A stretch of DNA of 64,000 bases, from assembly GCF_009914755.1 (NCBI RefSeq), contig NC_060947.1; one strand, given 5' to 3'. Below the pieces are notes generated by a model that saw only the letters and a list, made by a program, of their open reading frames with translations, searched no databases and was not told the origin of the DNA. This DNA is from the human T2T-CHM13v2.0 reference genome, Homo sapiens. The position numbers were made by a program, and so were the translations under genes. Below are positions 37,401 to 52,324 of the stretch, in pieces (within the stretch, counting starts at the first letter, position 1; every line of letters begins with the position of its first letter).

Positions 37401-40400
37401 CATCTCTGCGAGTTCAATGCATTCATCATGAAGAACTTTCTCAGAGTGTTTGTGTTTAGGTATAGGAAATTATTCCCGTTTCCAACGAAATCCTCAGAGA
37501 GGTCCAAATATCCACCTGCAGATTCTACCAAAAGTGTATTTGGAAACTGCTCCATCAAAAGGCATGTTCAGCTCTGTGAGTGAAACTCCATCATCACAAA
37601 GAATATTCTGAGAATGCTTCCGTTTGCCTTTTATATGAAGTTCCTTCCTATACTACCGTAGGCCTCAAAGCAGTCCAAATCTCCATTTGCAGATTCTACA
37701 AAAAGAGTGATTCCAATCTGCTCTATCAATAGGATTGTTCAACTCCATGAGTTGAATGCCATCCTCACAAAGTCGTTTCTGAGAATGCTTCTATCTAGTT
37801 TTTATGTGAAGATATTTCCTTTTCCACCACAGGCCTCAAAGCCCTCCAAACGTCCACTTGCAGATTCTCGAAAAAGAGTGTTTCATAGCTGCTCTTTCAA
37901 AAGGAAAGTTCAACTCTGGGAGTTGAATACAAACATCACAAAGTAGTTTCCGAGAATGCTTCTGTTTAGTTCTTATGTGAAGATGATCCCGTTTCCAGTG
38001 AAATCTTCAAAGAGGTCCACATATCCCCTTGCAGATTCCAAATAAAGAGGGTTTCAAAACTGCTCCATCAAAAGGATTGTTCAACTCTGTGAGTTGAATG
38101 CAGTCATCGCAGAAAACTTTCTGAGAATGCTTCTGTCTAGGTTTGAGGTGAAGATATAGACGTTTCAAACGAAGGCTACAAAGTGGTCAAAATATACACT
38201 TGCAGATTCTACTACAAGGGTGTTGCAAACCTCAACTATCAAAGGAAGGTTCAACTCTGTGAGTTGAATACAAACATCACAAAGAATGTTCTGAGTTTGC
38301 TTCCGTTCAGTTATGGGAAGTTGATCCCGTTTCCAACGAAATCCTCAGAGAGGTCCAAATATCCCCTTGCAGATTCTACAAAACGTGTGTTTCGAAACTG
38401 CTCCATCATAACGAATGTTCAGCTCTCTGAGTTAAACTCCATCGTCACAAAGAATTTTCTGAGAGTGCTACCGTCTAGTTTTTATATGAAGTTCTTTCCT
38501 TTACTACCACAGGCCTCAAAGCGGTCCAAATCTCCACTTGCAGATTCTACAAAAAGAGTGTTTGCAAACTGCTCTATCAAAAGGAATGTTCAACTCTGGG
38601 AGTTGAATGCAATCATCACAGAGCAGTTTCTGAGAATGCTTCTATGTCGTTTTTAGGAGAAGATATTTCCTTTTCCAACACAGTCCTCCAAGCCCGCTAA
38701 ATATCCACTTGCACATTGGAGAAAAAGTGTGTCGAAGCTGCGCTATCAAAGGGAAAGTTCAACTCTGTGAGGTGAATGCAAACATCCCAAAGAAGTTTCT
38801 GAGAATGCTTCCATTTAGCTTTTAGGTGAAGATTATCCCGTTTCCAACGAAATCTTCAAAGAGGTCCAAATATCCCCTTGCGGATCCCACAGAAAGAGTG
38901 TTTCGAAACTGCTGTTTCAAAAGGAATCTTCAACTCTGTGGGTTGAATGCAATCATCACAAAGAAGTTTCTGACAATGCTTCTCTCTCGTCTTTCTGTGA
39001 TGATAAAGGAAAAGGCTTTCAGGCCTTTTCCACCACAGGCCTGAAAGCGCTCCAAATATCCACTTGCAGATTCTGCCAAAAGAATATTTCAAAACTGCTC
39101 TATGAAAAGCAATGTTAAACTCTGTGGCTTGAACACAAACATCACAAAGCAGTTTCTGAGAATGCTTCAGTTTAGTTTTTCTGTGGAAATATTCCCGTTT
39201 CGAAAGAAATCTTCAAAGAGGTCCACGCATCCACTTACAGATTCTACAAAAAGACAGTTTCAAAACTGCTCAATCAAAAGGAGGGTTCAACCGTGTGACT
39301 TGAATGCAATCATCACTCAGAAGTTTCTGAGAACGCTTCTCTTTAGTTTTTACGTGAACATATACCCGTTTCGAACGAAGGCCACACAGTGGTCCAAATA
39401 TCCACTTGCAGATTCTACAGAAAGAGTGTTTCGAACCTGAACTCTCAAAGGCAGGTTCATCTCTGCGAGTTCAATGCATTCATCATGAAGAACTTTCTCA
39501 GAGTGTTTGTGTTTAGGTATAGGAAATTATTCCCGTTTCCAACGAAATCCTCAGAGAGGTCCAAATATCCACCTGCAGATTCTACCAAAAGTGTATTTGG
39601 AAACTGCTCCATCAAAAGGCATGTTCAGCTCTGTGAGTGAAACTCCATCATCACAAAGAATATTCTGAGAATGCTTCCGTTTGCCTTTTATATGAAGTTC
39701 CTTCCTATACTACCGTAGGCCTCAAAGCAGTCCAAATCTCCATTTGCAGATTCTACAAAAAGAGTGATTCCAATCTGCTCTATCAATAGGATTGTTCAAC
39801 TCCATGAGTTGAATGCCATCCTCACAAAGTCGTTTCTGAGAATGCTTCTATCTAGTTTTTATGTGAAGATATTTCCTTTTCCACCACAGGCCTCAAAGCC
39901 CTCCAAACGGCCACTTGCAGATTCTCGAAAAAGAGTGTTTCATAGCTGCTCTTTCAAAAGGAAAGTTCAACTCTGGGAGTTGAATACAAACATCACAAAG
40001 TAGTTTCCGAGAATGCTTCTGTTTAGTTCTTATGTGAAGATGATCCCGTTTCCAGTGAAATCTTCAAAGAGGTCCACATATCCCCTTGCAGATTCCAAAG
40101 AAAGAGGGTTTCAAAACTGCTCCATCAAAAGGATTGTTCAACTCTGTGAGTTGAATGCAGTCATCGCAGAAAACTTTCTGAGAATGCTTCTGTCTAGGTT
40201 TGAGGTGAAGATATAGACGTTTCAAACGAAGGCTACAAAGTGGTCAAAATATACACTTGCAGATTCTACTACAAGGGTGTTGCAAACCTCAACTATCAAA
40301 GGAAGGTTCAACTCTGTGAGTTGAATACAAACATCACAAAGAATGTTCTGAGTTTGCTTCCGTTCAGTTATGGGAAGTTGATCCTGTTTCCAACGAAATC

Positions 40401-43400
40401 CTCAGAGAGGTCCAAATATCCCCTTGCAGATTCTACAAAACGTGTGTTTGGAAACTGCTCCATCATAACGAATGTTCAGCTCTCTGAGTTAAACTCCATC
40501 GTCACAAAGAATTTTCTGAGAGTGCTACCGTCTGGTTTTTATATGAAGTTCTTTCCTTTACTACCACAGGCCTCAAAGCGGTCCAAATCTCCACTTGCAG
40601 ATTCTACAAAAAGAGTGTTTGCAAACTGCTCTATCAAAAGGAATGTTCAACTCTGGGAGTTGAATGCAATCATCACAGAGCAGTTTCTGAGAATGCTTCT
40701 ATGTCGTTTTTAGGAGAAGATATTTCCTTTTCCAACACAGTCCTCCAAGCCCGCTAAATATCCACTTGCACATTGGAGAAAAAGTGTGTCGAAGCTGCGC
40801 TATCAAAGGGAAAGTTCAACTCTGTGAGGTGAATGCAAACATCCCAAAGAAGTTTCTGAGAATGCTTCCGTTTAGCTTTTAGGTGAAGATTATCCCGTTT
40901 CCAACGAAATCTTCAAAGAGGTCCAAATATCCCCTTGCGGATCCCACAGAAAGAGTGTTTCGAAACTGCTGTTTCAAAAGGAATCTTCAACTCTGTGGGT
41001 TGAATGCAATCATCACAAAGAAGTTTCTGACAATGCTTCTCTCTCGTCTTTCTGTGAAGATAAAGGAAAAGGCTTTCAGGCCTTTTCCACCACAGGCCTG
41101 AAAGCGCTCCAAATGTCCACTTGCAGATTCTGCCAAAAGAATATTTCAAAACTGCTCTATGAAAAGCAATGTTAAACTCTGTGGCTTGAACACAAACATC
41201 ACAAAGCAGTCTCTGAGAATGCTTCAGTTTAGTTTTTCTGTGGAAATATTCCCGTTTCGAAAGAAATCTTCAAAGAGGTCCACGCATCCAATTACAGATT
41301 CTACAAAAAGACAGTTTCAAAACTGCTCAATCAAAAGGAGGGTTCAACCGTGTGACATGAATGCAATCATCACTCAGAAGTTTCTGAGAACGCTTCTCTT
41401 TAGTTTTTACGTGAACATATACCCGTTTCGAACGAAGGCCACCCAGTGGTCCAAATATCCACTTGCAGATTCTACAGAAAGAGTGTTTCGAACCTGAACT
41501 CTCAAATTCAGGTTCATCTCTGCGAGTTCAATGCATTCATCATGAAGAACTTTCTCAGCGTGTTTGTGTTTAGGTATGGGAAATTATTCCCGTTTCCAAC
41601 GAAATCCTCAGAGAGGTCCAAATATCCACCTGCAGATTCTACCAAAAGTGTATTTGGAAACTGCTCCATCAAAAGGAATGTTCAGCTCTGTGAGTGAAAC
41701 TCCATCATCACAAAGAATATTCTGAGAAGGCTTCCGTTTGCCTTTTATATGAAGTTCCTTCCTATACTACCGTAGGCCTCAAAGCAGTCCAAATCTCCAT
41801 TTGCAGATTCTACAAAAAGAGTGATTCCAATCTGCTCTATCAATAGGATTGTTCAACTCCATGAGTTGAATGCCATCCTCACAAAGTCGTTTGTGAGAAT
41901 GCTTCTATCTAGTTTTTATGTGAAGATATTTCCTTTTCCACCACAGGCCTCAAAGCCCTCCAAACGTCCACTTGCAGATTCTCGAAAAAGAGTGTTTCAT
42001 AGCTGCTCTTTCACAAGGAAAGTTCAACTCTGGGAGTTGAATACAAACATCACAAAGTAGTTTCCGAGAATGCTTCTGTTTAGTTCTTATGTGAAGATGA
42101 TCCCGTTTCCAGTGAAATCTTCAAAGAGGTCCACATATCCCCTTGCAGATTCCAAAGAAAGAGGGTTTCAAAACTGCTCCATCAAAAGGATTGTTCAACT
42201 CTGTGAGTTGAATGCAGTCATCGCAGAAAACTTTCTGAGAATGCTTCTGTCTAGGTTTGAGGTGAAGATATAGACGTTTCAAACGAAGGCTACAAAGTGG
42301 TCAAAATATACACTTGCAGATTCTACTACAAGGGTGTTGCAAACCTCAACTATCAAAGGAAGGTTCAACTCTGTGAGTTGAATACAAACATCACAAAGAA
42401 TGTTCTGAGTTTGCTTCCGTTCAGTTATGGGAAGTTGATCCCGTTTCCAACGAAATCCTCAGAGAGGTCCAAATATCCCCTTGCAGATTCTACAAAACGT
42501 GTGTTTGGAAACTGCTCCATCATAACGAATGTTCAGCTCTCTGAGTTAAACTCCATCGTCACAAAGAATTTTCTGAGGGTGCTACCGTCTAGTTTTTATA
42601 TGAAGTTCTTTCCTTTACTACCACAGGCCTCAAAGCGGTCCAAATCTCCACTTGCAGATTCTACAAAAAGAGTGTTTGCAAACTGCTCTATCAAAAGGAA
42701 TGTTCAACTCTGGGAGTTGAATGCAATCATCACAGAGCAGTTTCTGAGAATGCTTCTATGTGGTTTTTAGGAGAAGATATTTCCTTTTCCAACACAGTCC
42801 TCCAAGCCCGCTAAATATCCACTTGCACATTGGAGAAAAAGTGTGTCGAAGCTGCGCTATCAAAGGGAAAGTTCAACTCTGTGAGGTGAATGCAAACATC
42901 CCAAAGAAGTTTCTGAGAATGCTTCCGTTTAGCTTTTAGGTGAAGATTATCCCGTTTCCAACGAAATCTTCAAAGAGGTCCAAATATCCCCTTGCGGATC
43001 CCACAGAAAGAGTGTTTCGAAACTGCTGTTTCAAAAGGAATCTTCAACTCTGTGGGTTGAATGCAATCATCACAAAGAAGTTTCTGACAATGCTTCTCTC
43101 TCGTCTTTCTGTGAAGATAAAGGAAAAGGCTTTCAGGCCTTTTCCACCACAGGCCTGAAAGCGCTCCAAATGTCCACTTGCAGATTCTGCCAAAAGAATA
43201 TTTCAAAACTGCTCTATGAAAAGCAATGTTAAACTCTGCGGCTCGAACACAAACATCACAAAGCAGTTTCTGAGAATGCTTCAGTTTAGTTTTTCTGTGG
43301 AAATATTCCCGTTTCGAAAAAAATCTTCAAAGAGGTCCACGCATCCACTTACAGATTCTACAAAAAGACAGTTTCAAAACTGCTCAATCAAAAGGAGGGT

Positions 43401-46400
43401 TCAACCGTGTGACTTGAATGCAATCATCACTCAGAAGTTTCTGAGAACGCTTCTCTTTAGTTTTTACGTGAACATATCCCCGTTTCGAACGAAGGCCACC
43501 CAGTGGTCCAAATATCCACTTGCAGATTCTACAGAAAGAGTGTTTCGAACCTGAACTCTCAAAGGCAGGTTCATCTCTGTGAGTTCAATGCATTCATCAT
43601 GAAGAACTTTCTCAGAGTGTTTGTGTTTAGGTATGGGAAATTATTCCCGTTTCCAACGAAATCCTCAGAGAGGTCCAAATATCCATCTGCAGATTCTACC
43701 AAAAGTGTATTTGGAAACTGCTCCATCAAAAGGCATGTTCAGCTCTGTGAGTGAAACTCCATCATCGCAAAGAATATTCTGAGAATGTTTCCGTTTGCCT
43801 TTTATATGAAGTTCCTTCCTATACTACCGTAGGCCTCAAAGCAGTCCAAATCTCCATTTGCAGATTCTACAAAAAGAGTGATTCCAATCTGCTCTATCAA
43901 TAGGATTGTTCAACTCCATGAGTTGAATGCCATCCTCACAAAGTCGTTTCTGAGAATGCTTCTATCTAGTTTTTATGTGAAGATATTTCCTTTTCCACCA
44001 CAGGCCTCAAAGCCCTCCAAACGTCCACTTGCAGATTCTCGAAAAAGAGTGTTTCATAGCTGCTCTTTCAAAAGGAAAGTTCAACTCTGGGAGTTGAATA
44101 CAAACATCACAAAGTAGTTTCCGAGAATGCTTCTGTTTAGTTCTTATGTGAAGATGATCCCGTTTCCAGTGAAATCTTCAAAGAGGTCCACATATCCCCT
44201 TGCAGATTCCAAAGAAAGAAGGTTTCAAAACTGCTCCATCAAAAGGATTGTTCAACTCTGTGAGTTGAATGCAGTCATCGCAGAAAACTTTCTGAGAATG
44301 CTTCTGTCTAGGTTTGAGGTGAAGATATAGACGTTTCAAACGAAGGCTACAAAGTGGTCAAAATATACACTTGCAGATTCTACTACAAGGGTGTTGCAAA
44401 CCTCAACTATCAAAGGAAGGTTCAACTCTGTGAGTTGAATACAAACATCACAAAGAATGTTCTGAGTTTGCTTCCGTTCAGTTATGGGAAGTTGATCCCG
44501 TTTCCAACGAAATCCTCAGAGAGGTCCAAATATCCCCTTGCAGATTCTACAAAATGTGTGTTTCGAAACTGCTCCATCATAACGAATGTTCAGCTCTCTG
44601 AGTTAAACTCCATCGTCACAAAGAATTTTCTGAGAGTGCTACCGTCTGGTTTTTATATGAAGTTCTTTCCTTTACTACCACAGGCCTCAAAGCGGTCCAA
44701 ATCTCCACTTGCAGATTCTACAAAAAGAGTGTTTGCAAACTGCTCTATCAAAAGGAATGTTCAACTCTGGGAGTTGAATGCAATCATCACAGAGCAGTTT
44801 CTGAGAATACTTCTATGTCGTTTTTAGGAGAAGATATTTCCTTTTCCAACACAGTCCTCCAAGCCCGCTAAATATCCACTTGCACATTGGAGAAAAAGTG
44901 TGTCGAAGCTGCGCTATCAAAGGGAAAGTTCAACTCTGTGAGGTGAATGCAAACATCCCAAAGAAGTTTCTGAGAATGCTTCCGTTTAGCTTTTAGGTGA
45001 AGATTATCCCGTTTCCAACGAAATCTTCAAAGAGGTCCAAATATCCCCTTGCGGATCCCACAGAAAGAGTGTTTCGAAACTGCTGTTTCAAAAGGAATCT
45101 TCAACTCTGTGGGTTGAATGCAATCATCACAAAGAAGTTTCTGACAATGCTTCTCTCTCGTCTTTCTGTGAAGATAAAGGAAAAGGCTTTCAGGCCTTTT
45201 CCACCACAGGCCTGAAAGCGCTCCAAATGTCCACTTGCAGATTCTGCCAAAAGAATATTTCAAAACTGCTCTATGAAAAGCAATGTTAAACTCTGCGGCT
45301 CGAACACAAACATCACAAAGCAGTTTCTGAGAATGCTTCAGTTTAGTTTTTCTGTGGAAATATTCCCGTTTCGAAAGAAATCTTCAAAGAGGTCCACGCA
45401 TCCACTTACAGATTCTACAAAAAGACAGTTTCAAAACTGCTCAATCAAAAGGAGGGTTCAACCGTGTGACTTGAATGCAATCATCACTCAGAAGTTTCTG
45501 AGAACGCTTCTCTTTAGTTTTTACGTGAACATATACCCGTTTCGAACGAAGGCCACCCAGTGGTCCAAATATCCACTTGCAGATTCTACAGAAAGAGTGT
45601 TTCGAACCTGAACTCTCAAAGGCAGGTTCATCTCTGTGAGTTCAATGCATTCATCATGAAGAACTTTCTCAGAGTGTTTGTGTTTAGGTATGGGAAATTA
45701 TTCCCGTTTCCAACGAAATCCTCAGAGAGGTCCAAATATCCATCTGCAGATTCTACCAAAAGTGTATTTGGAAACTGCTCCATCAAAAGGCATGTTCAGC
45801 TCTGTGAGTGAAACTCCATCATCGCAAAGAATATTCTGAGAATGTTTCCGTTTGCCTTTTATATGAAGTTCCTTCCTATACTACCGTAGGCCTCAAAGCA
45901 GTCCAAATCTCCATTTGCAGATTCTACAAAAAGAGTGATTCCAATCTGCTCTATCAATAGGATTGTTCAACTCCATGAGTTGAATGCCATCCTCACAAAG
46001 TCGTTTCTGAGAATGCTTCTATCTAGTTTTTATGTGAAGATATTTCCTTTTCCACCACAGGCCTCAAAGCCCTCCAAACGTCCACTTGCAGATTCTCGAA
46101 AAAGAGTGTTTCATAGCTGCTCTTTCAAAAGGAAAGTTCAACTCTGGGAGTTGAATACAAACATCACAAAGTAGTTTCCGAGAATGCTTCTGTTTAGTTC
46201 TTATGTGAAGATGATCCCGTTTCCAGTGAAATCTTCAAAGAGGTCCACATATCCCCTTGCAGATTCCAAAGAAAGAAGGTTTCAAAACTGCTCCATCAAA
46301 AGGATTGTTCAACTCTGTGAGTTGAATGCAGTCATCGCAGAAAACTTTCTGAGAATGCTTCTGTCTAGGTTTGAGGTGAAGATATAGACGTTTCAAACGA

Positions 46401-49400
46401 AGGCTACAAAGTGGTCAAAATATACACTTGCAGATTCTACTACAAGGGTGTTGCAAACCTCAACTATCAAAGGAAGGTTCAACTCTGTGAGTTGAATACA
46501 AACATCACAAAGAATGTTCTGAGTTTGCTTCCGTTCAGTTATGGGATGTTGATCCCGTTTCCAACGAAATCCTCAGAGAGGTCCAAATATCCCCTTGCAG
46601 ATTCTACAAAACGTGTGTTTGGAAACTGCTCCATCATAACGAATGTTCAGCTCTCTGAGTTAAACTCCATCGTCACAAAGAATTTTCTGAGAGTGCTACC
46701 GTCTGGTTTTTATATGAAGTTCTTTCCTTTACTACCACAGGCCTCAAAGCGGTCCAAATCTCCACTTGCAGATTCTATAAAAAGAGTGTTTGCAAACTGC
46801 TCTATCAAAAGGAATGTTCAACTCTGGGAGTTGAATGCAATCATCACAGAGCAGTTTCTGAGAATGCTTCCATGTCGTTTTTAGGAGAAGATATTTCCTT
46901 TTCCAACACAGTCCTCCAAGCCCGCTAAATATCCACTTGCACATTGTAGAAAAAGTGTGTCGAAGCTGCGCTATCAAAGGGAAAGTTCAACTCTGTGAGG
47001 TGAATGCAAACATCCCAAAGAAGTTTCTGAGAATGCTTCCGTTTAGCTTTTAGGTGAAGATTATCCCGTTTCCAACGAAATCTTCAAAGAGGTCCAAATA
47101 TCCCCTCGCGGATCCCACAGAAAGAGTGTTTCGAAACTGCTGTTTCAAAAGGAATCTTCAACTCTGTGAGTTGAATGCAATCATCACAAAGAAGTTTCTG
47201 ACAATGCTTCTCTCTCGTCTTTCTGTGAAGATAAAGGAAAAGGCTTTCAGGCCTTTTCCACCACAGGCCTGAAAGCGCTCCAAATGTCCACTTGCAGATT
47301 CTGCCAAAAGAATATTTCAAAACTGCTCTATGAAAAGCAATGTTAAACTCTGTGGCTCGAACACAAACATCACAAAGCAGTTTCTGAGAATGCTTCAGTT
47401 TAGTTTTTCTGTGGAAATATTCCCGTTTCGAAAGAAATCTTCAAAGAGGTCCACGCATCCACTTACAGATTCTACAAAAAGACAGTTTCAAAACTGCTCA
47501 ATCAAAAGGAGGTTTCAACCGTGTGACTTGAATGCAATCATCACTCAGAAGTTTCTGAGAATGCTTCTCTTTAGTTTTTACGTGAACATATACCCGTTTC
47601 GAACGAAGGCCACACAGTGGTCCAAATATCCACTTGCAGATTCTACAGAAAGAGTGTTTCGAACCTGAAATCTCAAAGGCAGGTTCATCTCTGCGAGTTC
47701 AATGCATTCAACATGAAGAACTTTCTCAGAGTGTTTGTGTTTAGTTATGGGAAATTATTGCCGTTTCCAACGAACTCCTCAGAGAGGTCCAAATATCCAC
47801 CTGCAGATTCTACCAAAAGTGTATTTGGAAACTGCTCCATCAAAAGGCATGTTCAGCTCTGTGAGTGAAACTCCATCATCACAAAGAATATTCTGAGAAT
47901 GCTTCCGTTTGCCTTTTATATGAAGTTCCTTCCTATACTACCGTAGGCCTCAAAGCAGTCCAAATCTCCATTTGCAGATTCTACAAAAAGAGTGATTCCA
48001 ATCTGCTCTATCAATAGGATTGTTCAACTCCATGAGTTGAATGCCATCCTCACAAAGTCATTTCTGAGAATGCTTCTATCTAGTTTTTATGTGAAGATAT
48101 TTCCTTTTCCACCACAGGCCTCAAAGCCCTCCAAACTTCCACTTGCAGATTCTCGAAAAAGAGTGTTTCATAGCTGCTCTTTCAAAAGGAAAGTTCAACT
48201 CTGGGAGTTGAATACAAACATCACAAAGTAGTTTCCGAGAATGCTTCTGTTTAGTTCTTATGTGAAGATGATCCCGTTTCCAGTGAAATCTTCAAAGAGG
48301 TCCACATATCCCCTTGCAGATTCCAAAGAAAGAGGGTTTCAAAACTGCTCCATCAAAAGGATTGTTCAACTCTGTGAGTTGAATGCAGTCATCGCAGAAA
48401 ACTTTCTGAGAATGCTTCTGTCTAGGTTTGAGGTGAAGGTATAGACGTTTCAAACGAAGGCTACAAAGTGGTCAAATTATACACTTGCAGATTCTACTAC
48501 AAGGGTGTTGCAAACCTCAACTATCAAAGGAAGGTTCAACTCTGTGAGTTGAATACAAACATCACAAAGAATGTTCTGAGTTTGCTTCCGTTCAGTTATG
48601 GGAAGTTGATCCCGTTCCCAACGAAATCCTCAGAGAGGTCCAAATATCCCCTTGCAGATTCTACAAAACGTGTGTTTGGAAACTGCTCCATCATAACGAA
48701 TGTTCAGCTCTCTGAGTTAAACTCCATCGTCACAAAGAATTTTCTGAGAGTGCTACCGTCTGGTTTTTATATGAAGTTCTTTCCTTTACTACCACAGGCC
48801 TCAAAGCGGTCCAAATCTCCACTTGCAGATTCTACAAAAAGAGTGTTTGCAAACTGCTCTATCAAAAGGAATGTTCAACTCTGGGAGTTGAATGCAATCA
48901 TCACAGAGCAGTTTCTGAGAATGCTTCCATGTCGTTTTTAGGAGAAGATATTTCCTTTTCCAACACAGTCCTCCAAGCCCGCTAAATATCCACTTGCACA
49001 TTGTAGAAAAAGGGTGTCGAAGCTGCGCTATCAAAGGGAAAGTTCAACTCTGTGAGGTGAATGCAAACATCCCAAAGAAGTTTCTGAGAATGCTTCCATT
49101 TAGCTTTTAGGTGAAGATTATCCCGTTTCCAACGAAATCTTCAAAGAGGTCCAAATATCCCCTTGCGGATCCCACAGAAAGAGTGTTTCGAAACTGCTGT
49201 TTGAAAAGGAATCTTCAACTCTGTGAGTTGAATGCAATCATCACAAAGAAGTTTCTGACAATGCTTCTCTCTCGTCTTTCTGTGAAGATAAAGGAAAAGG
49301 CTTTCAGGCCTTTTCCACCACAGGCCTGAAAGCACTCCAAATGTCCACTTGCAGATTCTGCCAAAAGAATATTTCAAAACTGCTCTATGAAAAGCAATGT

Positions 49401-52324
49401 TAAACTCTGTGGCTCGAACACAAACATCACAAAGCAGTTTCTGAGAATGCTTCAGTTTAGTTTTTCTGTGGAAATATTCCCGTTTCGAAAGAAATCTTCA
49501 AAGAGGTCCACCCATCCACTTACAGATTCTACAAAAAGACAGTTTCAAAACTGCTCAATCAAAAGGAGGGTTCAACCGTGTGACTTGAATGCAATCATCA
49601 GTCAGAAGTTTCTGAGAATGCTTCTCTTTAGTTTTTACGTGAACATATACCCGTTTCGAACGAAGGCCACCCAGTGGTCCAAATATCCACTTGCAGATTC
49701 TACAGAAAGAGTGTTTCGAACCTGAACTCTCAAAGGCAGGTCCATCTCTGCGAGTTAAATGCATTCAACATGAAGAACTTTCTCAGCGTGTTTGTGTTTA
49801 GTTATGGGAAATTATTGCCGTTTCCAACGAAATCCTCAGAGAGGTCCAAATATCCACCTGCAGATTCTACCAAAAGTGTATTTGGAAACTGCTCCATCAA
49901 AAGGCATGTTCAGCTCTGTGAGTGAAACTCCATCATCACAAAGAATATTCTGAGAATGCTTCCGTTTGCCTTTTATATGAAGTTCCTTCCTATACTACCG
50001 TAGGCCTCAAAGCAGTCCAAATCTCCATTTGCAGATTCTACAAAAAGAGTGATTCCAATCTGCTCTATCAATAGGATTGTTCAACTCCATGAGTTGAATG
50101 CCATCCTCACAAAGTCGTTTCTGAGAATGCTTCTATCTAGTTTTTATGTGAAGATATTTCCTTTTCCACCACAGGCCTCAAAGCCCTCCAAACGTCCACT
50201 TGCAGATTCTCGAAAAAGAGTGTTTCATAGCTGCTCTTTCAAAAGGAAAGTTCAACTCTGGGAGGTGAATACAAACATCACAAAGTAGTTTCCGAGAATG
50301 CTTCTGTTTAGTTCTTATGTGAAGATGATCCCGTTTCCAGTGAAATCTTCAAAGAGGTCCACATATCCCCTTGCAGATTCCAAAGAAAGAGGGTTTCAAA
50401 ACTGCTCCATCAAAAGGATTGTTCAACTCTGTGAGTTGAATGCAGTCATTGCAGAAAACTTTCTGAGAATGCTTCTGTCTAGGTTTGATGTGAAGATATA
50501 GACGTTTCAAACGAAGGCTACAAAGTGGTCAAAATATACACTTGCAGATTCTACTACAAGGGTGTTGCAAACCTGAACTATCAAAGGAAGGTTCAACTCT
50601 GTGAGTTGAATGCAAACATCACAAAGAATGTTCTGAGTTTGCTTCCATTCAGTTATTGGAAGTTGATCCCGTTTCCAACGAAATCCTCAGAGAGGTCCAA
50701 ATATCCCCTTGCAGATTCTACAAAACGTGTGTTTGGAAACTGCTCCATCATAACGAATGTTCAGCTCTCTGAGTTAAACTCCATCGTCACAAAGAATTTT
50801 CTGAGAGTGCCACCGTCTCGTTTTTATATGAAGTTCTTTCCTTTACTACCACAGGCCTCAAAGCGGTCCAAATCTCCACTTGCAGATTCTACAAAAAGAG
50901 TGTTTGCAAACTGCTCTATCAAAAGGAATGTTCAACTCTGGGAGTTGAATGCAATCATCACAGAGCAGTTTCTGAGAATGCTTCCATGTCGTTTTTAGGA
51001 GAAGATATTTCCTTTTCCAACACAGTCCTCCAAGCCCGCTAAATATCCACTTGCACATTGTAGAAAAAGTGTGTCGAAGCTGCGCTATCAAAGGGAAAGT
51101 TCAACTCTGTGAGATGAATGCAAACACCCCAAGGAAGTTTCTGAGAATGCTTCCGTTTAGCTTTTAGGTGAAGATTATCCCGTTTCCAACGAAACCTTCA
51201 AAGAGGTCCAAATGTCCCCTTGCGGATCCCACAGAAAGAGTGTTTCGAAACTGCTGTTTCAAAAGGAATCTTCAACTCTGTGAGCTGAATGCAATCATCA
51301 CAAAGAAGTTTCTGACAATGCTTCTCTCTCGTCTTTCTGTGAAGATAAAGGAAAAGGCTTTCAGGCCTTTTCCACCACAGGCCTGAAAGCGCTCCAAATG
51401 TCCACTTGCAGATTCTGCCAAAAGAATATTTCAAAACTGCTCTATGAAAAGCAATGTTAAACTCTGCGGCTCGAACACAAACATCACAAAGCAGTTTCTG
51501 AGAAAGCTTCAGTTTAGTTTTTCTGTGGAAATATTCCCGTTTCGAAAGAAATCTTCAAAGAGGTCCACGTATCCACTTACAGATTCTACAAAAAGACAGT
51601 TTCAAAACTGCTCAATCAAAAGGAGGGTTCAACCGTGTGACTTGAATGCAATCATCACGCAGAAGTTTCTGAGAACGCTTCTCTTTAGTTTTTACGTGAA
51701 CATATACCCGTTTCGAACGAAGGCCAGCCAGTGGTCCAAATATCCACTTGCAGATTCTACAGAAAGAGTGTTTCGAACCTGAACTCTCAAAGGCAGGTTC
51801 ATCTCTGCGAGTTCAATGCATTCATCATGAAGAACTTTCTCAGCGTGTTTGTGTTTAGTTATGGGAAATTATTCCCGTTTCCAACGAAATCCTCAGAGAC
51901 GTCCAAATATCCACCTGCAGATTCTACCAAAAGTGTATTTTGAAACTGCTCCATCAAAAGGCATGTGCAGCTCTGTGAGTGAAACTCCATCATCACAAAG
52001 AATATTCTGAGAATGCTTCCGTTTGCCTTTTATATGAAGTTCCTTCCTATACTACCGTAGGCCTCAAAGCAGTCCAAATCTCCATTTGCAGATTCTACAA
52101 AAAGAGTGATTCCAATCTGCTCTATCAATAGGATTGTTCAACTCCATGAGTTGAATGCCATCCTCACAAAGTCGTTTCTGAGAATGCTTCTATCTAGTTT
52201 TTATGTGAAGATATTTCCATTTCCACCACAGGCCTCAAAGCCCTCCAAACGTCCACTTGCAGATTCTCGAAAAAGAGTGTTTCATAGCTGCTCTTTCAAA
52301 AGGAAAGTTCAACTCTGGGAGGTG

